Shown here: one piece after another, positions 1 through 10,467 of the stretch
Position numbering within the stretch: the stretch's first letter is position 1
Layout: each line of letters opens with the position of its first letter
Assembly: GCA_965645245.1 (NCBI GenBank)
Contig: OZ287075.1
Location: 2,356,001-2,420,000, forward strand
From: Massalongia carnosa
Taxonomy: Eukaryota
Reading direction: 5' to 3'
Length of the DNA: 64,000 bases
Notes under the pieces: generated by a model
What the model was told of the DNA's origin: nothing
The model's database searches: none
Seen by the model: the letters and a program-made list of their open reading frames with translations, nothing else
Program-made: the position numbers and the translations under genes

Positions 1-448
1 TTCTCAGTTCGTCGGCGTTGGAAACGGAGGTAGGGGGGTCGAGGTTGATGGACATGTTGGTGATGCACCAGGTGAATAGGCAGGTCGAACGTAGTGTCAC
101 GGTGCGAGGTTAGGTAGGAATTCAGGTGGTGCAAACGTGTTACTTGATTGTCTAGCTAGGTGGACAAGACGTTCGACAAGGAGAAAAGAAACAGAAAATC
201 CAAAGTGGGCGAGTATAAGACTCTGGCGAACGGAACTAGTCCCAATCCAGCCGTTGATCCAATTTCCCCAAGTCCCTAGCATGAAACTATCGCCATGACA
301 CTATTGATAGTCGGAACACTTACCTTTGCCCTGACTGAACCGGATTAAGCTTAGTTCCTTTCGGATCGGCTAACCGGCTAGTGCTTCGTTCAAGCAGCTA
401 AAGTTGATTCAATGAACTAACTGGCAGGTGCCCAGTCACTCCATGACA
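1..448 (-). mobile_element. Gypsy family A, 5' end: 5' LTR (95-448), PBS region and gag start (MSINLDPPTSVSNADELR) running out of the window; inserted into pol of element B1
   Basis: TGTCA..TGACA-bounded 354-bp unit also present at 17171-17983 and 47320-47676; followed on the minus strand by CTACGTTCGAC and an ATG at 56. Confidence 0.85.
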
Positions 449-3400
449 CAATCATCAGTGACCGCCGAAGAACTGAACGCTTATCGTGAGCGAAAGAACG
501 TCGACCCAGCCCCCCTTCTACCCAAACAGTATCACGACTTTCTGGATGTCTTCTCCAAAAAAGAATCGGACGTCCTGCCCGAACACCGACCCTACGACCA
601 TGCCATAAAGCTAAAAGAAGGCTTTCCAATCCCGAATCAAGCTCTTTATGGCATGAGTCGAACCGAAATCGAAGAACTCCGACGCTACCTTGATGAGAAC
701 CTGTCGAAAGGCTTCATCCGAGCTAGTAAATCCCCCGCTGCCTCCCCAGTCATGTTCGTAAAGAAGCCAGGAGGAGGACTTCGCTTCTGTGTCGACTATC
801 GAGGCCTCAATGCCATCACGATTAAGAATCGGTATCCGCTTCCCCTGATCACCGAAACCCTGAATCGCCTGAGTCGGGCTAAGATATTCACCAAGCTGGA
901 TATTATTTCAGCGTTCAATCGGCTCCTCATCAAGGAAGGAGATGAAGAACTCACCGCATTCAGAACCCGTTTTGGCCTCTTCGAATCCCTGGTCCTACCA
1001 TTCGGCCTCTGTAACGGCCCCGCCTCCTTTCAACACTTCATCAATGATACTCTTCGAGAGTATCTCGACGACTTTTGCACGGCCTATCTAGATGACATTC
1101 TCATCTACAGCGAAATTGAAGGCGAGCATGAAATCCACGTCAAACGTATCCTCATCAAGCTGAGAGAAGCCGGGCTGCAAGTAGACATCACCAAATGCAA
1201 ATTTCATGTCACAGAAGTTGCCTATCTCGGACTAATCGTAACCACCGAGGGAATCAAAATGGACCCCGCTAAAATCGAAACAGTAACTCATTGGCCAATA
1301 CCGATCAATATGAAAGATGTACAAAGCTTTCTGGGATTTGCTAACTTCTATAGACGATTCGTATACGGCTTTAGTAAGATAGCCGGCCCACTGACGAATC
1401 TAACCAAAAAGGAGGTCAGCTTTCAATGGACTGACAAATGTCAACAGGCATTCGAAACTCTAAAAAAAGCTTTCACCTCGGAACTAATACTGATGCATTT
1501 CGATCCCTATCGTCCTATCATCGTGGAAACCGATGCTTCCTACTACGTCTCTGGTGGTATCCTTTCTCAGTATGACAACGAGAACGTGCTTCGCCCCATC
1601 ACATACTCCTCCAAGAAACACAACCCGGCCGAATGCAATTATGAGATCTATGACAAGGAACTCATGGCCATCGTCCGATGCTTCGAAGAATAGAGACCGG
1701 AATTGGAAGGTTCTGCTCACCCCATCAGCGTTATCTCAGATCATAAGAATTTGGAATACTTCGCTTCAACCAAACAACTCAGTCGTCGTCAAGCTCGCTG
1801 GTCCCAATTCTTATCCCGATTTGACTTTAAAATAGTCTATCGACCCGGAAAAGCTGGTGGAAAACCAGATGCACTGACTAGTCGCTCAGGAGACCTCCCT
1901 AAAGAGGGGGATGAAACTGATGAAAGACATAAACATCAGCATCAAACCATCCTGAAAACTCATAACCTGGACGACGAAGTGGCGAAAAGTTTCTTATCCA
2001 CGATTATCCTAGCCCCCGCGTTCATCGAACAGGATCCCGAGTCCGTTGAACATGATCACGAGTTCACTGAACCTGAACCACAGCTGGATCAGCCTGCCGA
2101 CCAAACCAATCCTGGCCAAGACGCGACCGACGTCCCAACTCAGCTGTTATGGGAACAAGCTCTGGAACAGGATCAATTATCTCTGAAAGTTCTAGACATG
2201 CTTCGCAATAATGTCAGATATCATAACGGCATTCAGCTAGCCGAATGTGAAGATAAAGAAGGGATTCTTTATTTTCGAAACCGTCGATACGTACCCAATT
2301 CGGATCGGCTCCGTCTCCGTCTCATTCAACAGGCACACGACAGCGTAGCAGGTGGCCATCCCGGTCGTTCCAAATGCTACGAACTAATGAATCGATCATA
2401 CTGGTGGCCCAGTATGCATCAAACCGTCAAACGATTCATTCGTAACTGTCACACCTGTAGACGATCCAAACCATCCCGCCAACGATACCAAGGATGGCTA
2501 CGCCCTCTGTCCCCACCCGAACGTCGATGGCGTGACGTTTCCATGGACTACGTAGGTCCGCTGCCTCCGAGCACCTTCATAGGTATAACCTATCGTTATA
2601 TCCTCGTCTTCATCGATCGCCTTTCCAAGATGCGACATTTCGTCCCCACCACCTCCATGGAGGTAGAAGAGGCTGCTAACTCCTTCTTCCAAAATGTATG
2701 GAAATTACACGGTCTCCCAGACGCCTTGATTTTGGATCGAGGCACCCAATTCACCTCCGATTTCTGGGACATCATGTGTAAACGGCTTAGAATTGATGCT
2801 AGGCTATCAACCAGTTTTCATCCCGAGACAGATGGCCAAACCGAGAGGGCTAATGCAACCATGGAGCACTATCTTCGGGCATACGTCAATTACATGCAAG
2901 ATGACTGGGCCCAGTACTTACCCGGTGCCGAATTCTCCAGCAATAACACCGACTCCTCCAGCATTCTCGCCTCTCCCTTCCTGGCTAATTATAGACAACA
3001 CCCCAGGGTAGGATTCGAACCCGAAGAGCCCCTTCCGCAAGACCTGACCGCCCAGGGAATCGCTAACCTGATCGCCGCCAATCGATTCGTAGACAAGATG
3101 CGAGATGTAGACACTCACCTACGAGAAGAGATGTTGATCGCGCAGGCCTCATACGAATCTTCCGCCAATGAGAACCGCCGTCCCTGTCCTCGTTATCTTG
3201 TAGGAGACATGGTATGGCTGAACACCCGAAATATCCAGACAGCCCGTCCGGCAGCCAAACTGGACGATCGAAATGTCGGTCCTTACCGAGTCTGTAAGGT
3301 GTTCGCCAACCCTCTTGTTGTTCAACTGGAACTCCCCGACACGGTTAAAATTCATCCGGTCTTTCATGTAAATCTGCTACAACACGACGCAGACGACCCC

Positions 3401-3682
3401 CTCCCAGGACAAATTCTCAAGCTTCGCGACCCAATAATAGCCGAAGATGGACAGCGAGAATGGTATGTCAACAGCAATCTGAACTCGAAACTGGACAGAC
3501 GTTATCAACCTCCGCTTCTCAAGTATTTCGTCAACTGGGAAGGACATACCCCCACCTGGGAGCCATTTCACCTACTAACCAACTGTCAACAAGCTCTGGA
3601 CGAATTCCACGAAGCCTATCCTGGTGCATCCGGCCCACATCTCACCCCCTGTTCCATTCCTCGATGTCGCTGTCATGAATAA
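449..3682 (+). pseudogene. pol: Gypsy pol (RT-RNase H-integrase-chromodomain) with one nonsense codon at 1691-1693
   Basis: YLDD, ETDAS, HHCC zinc finger, TDGQTER, GPY, IHPVFHV, chromodomain YFVNWEG; TAG where paralog B2 has TGG (FEEW). Confidence 0.93.
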
Positions 3683-4170
3683 AACTGCTTCGCAGGAGCT
3701 CAGCTATTGAAAGGGGAGCTACTGTCATGAAATCGAACCAACCCGATCCAGAATCAATCCCGCAGATGAATCTGACTAAGCTCCCGTTCCTCTATTCAGC
3801 TTAGTCAGAATCTCATTAACTAAATCGAGTTTAGACCCCTCTCAACGGCTTCAGGTCAAAGCTGTACTATCACCATCAAAGCGTACCAACGACAGGAGAA
3901 CCTCATCTCCATCTTTTATCGTCAAACACCTCGTCAAACCTTCGTGCCGTACGTCTCCTAATAGGGGGAGATGAACACTGATCGAATCTTCATGCAAAGG
4001 GGTTCGAGACAAATATAAAAGGAAGGACAAGTTAATTAGATAGTTGACTCCTTGTCCGACGTCTTGTATAGCAATCCATCACCTAGCTATAGCCTTATTA
4101 ATAAAGACATCTTGATCACCCAATCCAATTCCTAGGAACATTAGTTCAATCCCCTGCCTAGTCCTTGACA
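449..4170 (+). mobile_element. Ty3/Gypsy chromovirus B1, 3' part: pol, PPT, 3' LTR (3723-4170)
   Basis: pol ORFs; PPT AAGGGGAGCTAC directly before TGTCATG..CTTGACA LTR. Confidence 0.93.
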
Positions 4171-4171
4171 G

Positions 4172-4336
4172 CAATGTATAGGAAGGGCAATTTATAGGAA
4201 GGGCAATGTATAGGAAGGGCAATGTATAGGAAGGGCAATTTATAGGAAGGGCAATGTATAGGAAGGGCAATGTATAGGAAGGGCAATGTATAGGACGGGC
4301 AATGTATAGGAAGGGCAATGTATAGGAAGGGCAATG
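4172..4336. repeat. 16-bp minisatellite (CAATGTATAGGAAGGG) x10
   Basis: Direct reading; near-perfect units. Confidence 0.95.
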
Positions 4337-4522
4337 ATCAAAAAAAGAGAAAAAATATTGGGGGGTGGCGGGAAATTTTTTTTTTCACCCGTTGTTATAA
4401 GTCCCTATTTGACTATAAAAATGATTTGGCTATTAACCCCTTTTGGCTATAAACCCCCGTTCAAAATCACCTCTGTTCAGTCATCTTAACTATACGCCCC
4501 GAGGCTTATATGGGAAATTATA

Positions 4523-5390
4523 CGGTATATCTCCAGTACCCTAAATACAGGCCTCGTATTTAGAAAAGACACCGAGGATGACATTGTGGGGTACTCTGTC
4601 ATGAAACGGCTTCGAACCAAAAGGATCTCGGCCTTATCCCTAGTTGCCCCCTCTATCCTGTCTCTACCTACCGTACCGCAGGTTCATTGGAGCTACCGCG
4701 GGTTCATTGGACCTAACGCAGGTTTATTGGACCTAACGCAGGTTCATTGGAACTACCGCGGATTCATTGGACCTACCGCGGGTTCATTGGACCTACCACA
4801 GCTTCATTAGTCAGTGCGCGCTGTTCCAACCTTTCTCGATGCGGTTAGATCGAGTACGGCTCCGCCTCCGATCTTCGAAACCATAATTACCCGGTCCCCA
4901 TTAGGTGTTTTCGTATTAACTTAGGAAAAGGAGATGAATAGGAGACATCGAAGATCAAGGAAACAAAGGGGTAAGGAGGTGAGGAACAGATATAAAAGAA
5001 GGGGTCGAGTCTCGAAAGTTCTGGCTCCTTGTCCGACGTCTTGAATAGCCAATCTAGCCTAGCTGTAGCTATAGACTCAGTCAATTAGAAAGCTTGACCA
5101 TCCAATCCAGTCCCTTGACATACTCGGACTCCGATTATGCTGGAACGAACGACGGGAGAAAATCGACCGGGGCCTATACGTTTTTGTTAGCAGGAGCCCC
5201 AATTTCTCACTGTTCCAAGCTACAACCTACCGTCGCCCTATCTACCTGCAAGGCCGAATATATGGCCCTGACGGAAGCAGCTAAAGAGGCCATTTGGTGC
5301 GCGCGATTTCTGGCCGAGTAAGGATATCGGAAGGATACCCCTGTCCTACTTCGAGGGGACAATCAAGGGTCAATTGTATTGGCTGAAATC
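4523..5390 (+). pseudogene. Ty1/Copia RT-end/RNase H fragment, interrupted by a solo LTR
   Basis: Rejoining across 4597-5120 gives RYISSTLNTGLVF..VGYSDSDYAG..RKSTG..VALSTCKAEY..GDNQGSI. Confidence 0.88.
4597..5120 (+). mobile_element. Solo Gypsy LTR (524 bp) with an internal 20-bp tandem repeat x~7 (4674-4810)
   Basis: TGTCA..TGACA ends, 5-bp TSD TACTC, TATA box and CTTGTCCGACGTCTTG motif shared with the B1 LTR. Confidence 0.92.
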
Positions 5391-5500
5391 CCCTATATTG
5401 CAGGGCAATTTTGTGCAAAACAGTAGTAAAAATTCTCTAAGTATCAGTAAAAATCCCCTGCAAATCAATCGTCATCAACATCCATCTCAGTATCACTATT

Positions 5501-7139
5501 TTAAACGGCCCCAGATTCATAACTCAAAATATACTCCCTAACCTCAATGACGCCTTCAGTTTCGTCATTCTTCTGTACCTCCTCGCTATTATCAGTTGTA
5601 TCAGGCTCCTCAACCTCTTGTATATCCTCCTGACCGATAGAAAGCTTCCAGTCGCCTACCGTTATGCCTGGTATGTCTTTAACTGACAACTCATCATCCT
5701 CCGACCCGTCTACAGCAAGAGACAATCCCAACTTTCGAAAGGTTTGACAAATTAAAGAAGAATGCTCCAAGTGCATTTCCCTCCACGCTCGTCCCACCAA
5801 TTTCGTTAGCATAATTCGTCGATCACCCACCGTGTATGAGCCTTTATTCTATTTATCGAAGTGCTCATCGTAATAAATGTCGGCTAGCTCCGATATTCTA
5901 TTCTTCAAAGGTTTATTAATGGCGACGTCTCGAACTTGAATAAACCCGGTGCAGCTGGAAGGAATAAATGATGTTGTGACGTTTAAATCTTTAAAGGCTT
6001 GTTTAACCTAGAATTTGTTAGCAAACATGAGCAGCTTAAAAATAAAATGCTCAGTTATTTACCTTTTCGGTTTTTTGTCCCGCAAACATATCTAATGATA
6101 GAAAGCGCCGTTTATTAGCGTTATGATGTCCTAGAGTAGCGTATTTATACTGCTGTTTTAGCCATCGACACATGACTTTTCCATTGCAGTAGGCCTTTGG
6201 ATCCTATTGAACTACTACTCCCGAGTCGTACTGCGTCATCTCCTTCTTGATTCAACTGCATTTTGTGCTATCTCATCCTTTAAATATAAGAAGAGGTTTG
6301 CATCGATTAATGCCGTCAGCAGAAACATAAATTATCAAAGTGGCTTGTCTTTTGTCCCATCCAGACCGATAGGTTTTAATCTATACAGTTTTGGCATCTT
6401 TAAAACCGTAGCATTGACCTTACATGAACTCGTAAGCAATAGGAGTCTGATCCATATTGCCGATATCACAAAGACGAAATCTTTCTCCTCTATGCAAAGG
6501 AATTTGACCCAAAAGCGGTTGAGAATTGCGACGATTAAATTGTAACCACAACTGGATAATATCGCGAAAGTTCTCGGGAATCTGATATGAACCGAATGCC
6601 GTTAGTTCAATATCATCAAAAAAACTAACATTTGATTATTCACCTGCTGAGCTTTTTTGGTAGGATTTTGACAGCTATACCACTCCTTCGTCTGAATCCA
6701 CGAAACCAACCATTAGAGAATTTGAACTCGGCATACGCAGTCATTCTTCCGGTGTGGAAGGATGAACTGGGTGGTGTGCGTGGTCCACTACTGCTAGGAG
6801 TGCAAGAGAACAAACAAACAAGAGAAGAACAGAACAATAGAATAAGAACAATAACTAGTCTGATCACTGTAAGCCTCGCGCCTCGTGCCTGATGCCTCGT
6901 GCCTGTGAACTGTATGTGTTGATGCTATGTGATGTAGCTGTTTCTACGAGCATGCTTGCTCTAAAAGGAAAAGAACTATCTATAACCAAACTAAAAGAAA
7001 GACTGTCACCTGACTTCCCCGCTACCTTTACCGAGTATCAGCCGAAAAGAACCAACTCACGAACCGCTAGCAATTTGAATTTAGAGTATCACCGCTCCAC
7101 CCCCCTACACCGGATGCCTTAGTCACTCGATGAGGATAT
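5501..7139 (-). pseudogene. pogo/Fot1-type (CENP-B HTH + DDE_1) transposase relic with two introns (6008-6062, 6582-6643), interrupted by a solo LTR
   Basis: FKFSNGWFRGFRRR, GNMDQTP, LSLDMFAGQ, IPSSCTGFIQVRDVAINKPLK, RRIMLTKLVGRAW; GT..CTAAC..AG introns restore the reading frame. Confidence 0.85.
6753..7109 (-). mobile_element. Solo LTR of family G
   Basis: Reverse complement of 59421-59769; 4-bp TSD CCGG; removing it restores YPHRVTKASGRMTA in the transposase. Confidence 0.92.
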
Positions 7140-7395
7140 TGTCAGGGTCCTAGCCTGACATAAGGCTGAGATGGAAGTGGGGATCACGGGAACACACGAG
7201 GCTAGCGCGACACTCGGTGCAGATATTTCTAGAGAGTCGCGCACATTAATTCTTTTCTTCTTTTGTAGATAAATTTTGGTTTAATAGCGGTTGATTAGAA
7301 TCGACGACAGCTTCCTTACACAATTTATCTACAATCTTATCAGAACTCTCTTGTGGTAGACACCCGTTCCAGACAATTTCCAGATAGGGTGAAAG

Positions 7396-8459
7396 TGTAA
7401 TACGGATGGCGCTAGAGGGATACGTGATCGCCTATGGCGGTTGCGGGATTAACTAGCGTGGACCATGCCGTAGTACGAAGTCGCATAGCCGTCGAGGCTG
7501 ACACACTGCCATCTTGCCCCGAAACTTCGGAGTTATTGTTATCACGTTCTTGACTACTTACAGATCAAACACCTGTCGAGGCCGTGGTGGTAGATTGCCA
7601 TGGAGTGTAAGGCGGACTCCTGTGGAGACGCCAAGGAACTCTATATGGGATCTACTGGCCTACTCGGAGCTACTGGATCTCTTGATGGATCAAGAGAGGT
7701 AGCAGGAGGCACGGCTCGCTGGACGCAGCTTGAGCTAGGCTCCCCGGTGTAAACTTTAGCTTCAACCTTTATTACTACGTTGGTAGTGATGTCGGCTGAA
7801 TGAATCTACATGACCTCGTTGTCTAGACCTTGTGTCTAGAGGCAGGTCCGCAGTGTAGCGAGGTATTCAGTCGGAGGTAACCTTCCATCACTAGGTAGTG
7901 GTGACGGCGAAATGAAGCTACATAGCCTGAGGCATGTAGTGAGGGATCTAGCCTGGGGTAGAATTGTTCTACCTTGCAAGGGAAGATCTAGAAGGCTGCT
8001 CGAGGCTGACTAGATGATCCAGCGAACGCCGAGTTCGTGGATGGATCCTGAGGGATGGTTGGATGTAATGCGATAAAGTCGGATGTGGATTGCAAGGCTG
8101 TAATGCTCGCAAGACTCCCAAGGCTTGCAAGGCTGTAATGCTCGCAAGACTCCCAAGGCTTGCAAGGCTCCTAAGGTTCCAAGGCTCCCAAGGCTATAGG
8201 CTTGGGGTGAGTAGGATAAATATCAGAACGAATCTTGTAGTATTCGTTAGCAATTAGTCTTTATTCTATGAACAACCTACGTTTGGGTCTCGGACGAGAT
8301 CTCTTGGTCTAAGCACTTCCACATCCATTAGTTCTTTGGATCACGTATACTCTCGGAGACTAGCACGTAGCAGCTATCTTCCTCCTCTCACGCTGAGCAT
8401 TTCTCCTTTCGAGATCAGTGTCGCTCGTGATAAGCTTACTGGTCTCGTAGCCCATTACA
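7396..8459 (+). mobile_element. Solo LTR of family H (1064 bp)
   Basis: TGTAA..TTACA ends, TSD GAAAG, homologous to 39254-40313 in reverse orientation. Confidence 0.93.
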
Positions 8460-8727
8460 GAAAGCCTGTTTCAGCATCTTCTAGTTCAATCAATCGTGCG
8501 GATCCGATTGATAATTTCCAGAAAACTTCAAGTTGGGTAAAGACCCGTTCTAGTAGATTCAGGACTGATCGCTCGTGTGTATCCGAACCGATCTCCATTC
8601 CAGAACGCCGCCATGAGTTCGAAAACCCCCATGACGGCCAGAAAAGCCGGAGCCCCTCGAGGGGACAACAATACTGGCCCAGCTTTTAACACCCGCGCAC
8701 GTTCCTTATCCCGCCACTCAGTCTGAT

Positions 8728-8889
8728 TACGCTGCGGAATGGGTTGGGTTCTGACCTTGAAAACCCAACCCAAACAACTATATTTATTATACTAGTATAC
8801 TATATATAGAATTAAACCCTTAAAAGTATACTAATATTAGTAACTTGGGTTACCCAACTGTGGCAAAACCGAACCCATTCCGCGGCGTA
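8728..8889. mobile_element. 162-bp MITE, probably hAT superfamily, copy 1
   Basis: TIR TACGCYGCGGAATGGGTT; 8-bp TSD AGTCTGAT. Confidence 0.92.
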
Positions 8890-9171
8890 AGTCTGATCAA
8901 GCAATAGCTTGCCAGGAGCGTTCGAGGACCCCGAACTCTCTTCAGACAAACGAACAATGCCGACGATTGAAGCGGCGCCGAATGATAACCCTAGGACGGG
9001 GTTGGGCAAGGATAGGGAGTTGTCTGGCGAGACAAACATCTCGGAGCATCCGTATTATGAGAAAGGGGCAATGGGACAACTAACGAGATATAGAGTCCGT
9101 AAATTCGAAGAATTTCGAGATATGATCTCGGATGACAGAGAGGGTCCTCTTTGGTACGAGTTCATTTCCTG

Positions 9172-9937
9172 TATACATGGTTCTTGATTTGAAGGTCTCC
9201 TGCCACCAAAAAAATTAAGCGAATGTGCAATTCGCTTAAAAGAGACCCCTCCTGCACGCGAGATTAATCGAAGAACTTTTAAATAAGTGAACTTCATATA
9301 AAATTAACCGAATTCTGAGATGATATGTAGCGTAATAAGTAATCATGTTCATGATATGCAGAAGTTTACGCTGAATCCAAATCTGAAAGAATTTTAATAA
9401 TTGAACAAGAAACGACTAAGTAATTGCCGAATCCAATAAAGTTTACCGTTAAATTTTCAACTTCAAATGTTAATGCTTCCCTCGGACCCGAGGGAAGCAT
9501 AGCGTGACATTGATATTCTTTGAGAGTGAAACACTTCGTACCAACCTCTTCTATCTTCCTACTTCTTCGTGAAAGTAAAGCTGAGCCAGCTGCGCGATGC
9601 GATCAAAGTAACTCTATACGCCGCCGACATGAGGGAACACGATCGTATTCATCATTGGATGCAGACGGTAACTACATATAATCGTTTTCTTGTTCTTGGA
9701 AAAGCTTCGTCTCTACGCCGCGGAATGGGTTGGGTTTTGCCACAGTTGGGTAACCCAAGTTACTAATATTAGTATACTTTTAAGGGTTTAATTCTATGTA
9801 TAGTATACTAGCATACTAAATATAGTTGTTTGGGTTGGGTTTTCAAGGTCAGAACCCAACCCATTCCGCAGCGTATTCGTCTCACGCCGGCACAGGGGCT
9901 GCTCGCATTGGAAGAATTACACGAACGCCGTGCCACT
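9172..9937. repeat. Unclassified repeat X, copy 1, first piece (continues at 17143-17170, 17984-18228, 23428-23538)
   Basis: Collinear with 38333-39253 once nested inserts are removed. Confidence 0.9.
9714..9875. mobile_element. 162-bp MITE, copy 2 (inverted relative to copy 1)
   Basis: Same TIRs; 8-bp TSD TTCGTCTC; empty paralogous site at ~38844. Confidence 0.93.
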
Positions 9938-10467
9938 TGTCACGAAATCAGGTCGAGGGCAAGGGCAAAGGCAAGGTGGGTTGATGGTCAAGCTTATTGA
10001 TTGAGTCTATAGCTATGAATCTAGGCTAGGCTAGGTGGGCTATTCAAGACGTTCGACAAAGAATCAGAACTTCCATGATTCGACTTCTTTCTTATATCTT
10101 TGTCCTCCCATATTCATCTTTCTAGGGTGGCGGCGAATGATGTCTAGTCAGTGCGATGATGAATGAGGGGCATTATAGCGGCAATAAGCACGATGGGGTC
10201 AGCGAGGAGACGGGAGACGTCAAATATCAATGCGAAGCTATTAGAAATGATAATAGTCGAAAGACGGGAATAAATCATCAATGCGAGGCTGATTAATGAT
10301 CAGTAATCGGCGAATTCGAAGAATGATATGAGGGTCCCGAAGGCATGGCACGACGTCCGTGAGTAGTCATCAGATCAAGGCACGTGATAGAGGCACGTGG
10401 TGAGGTCGGAGGCATTTCATGACAGTAGCTCCCCCTTCACGGCAGAGCTCCTGCGATGCCATCTTAT

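Larger units (their letters stand above)
7140..9170 (+). mobile_element. Probable truncated LTR retrotransposon 5' end (short LTR ~7140-7332, leader, gag-like fragment ~8614-9170), host of a solo LTR and a MITE
   Basis: Begins with TGTCA exactly where the pogo ORF breaks; weak TATCAGA PBS-like motif; gag-like low-complexity ORF; no diagnostic domain seen. Confidence 0.4.

Noticed and set aside
428..448. Start of the 421-aa ORF as a real initiation site
   Set aside because: It lies in the antisense strand of LTR A, fused by chance to pol
4172..4336. Regular repeats (also 4674-4810, 10779-10935) as a CRISPR array
   Set aside because: Head-to-tail units with no unique spacers, no cas genes, eukaryotic context
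7514..8773. Short ORFs within LTRs or antisense to pol, here and throughout the window
   Set aside because: No motifs; explained as chance ORFs in repeats or shadow frames
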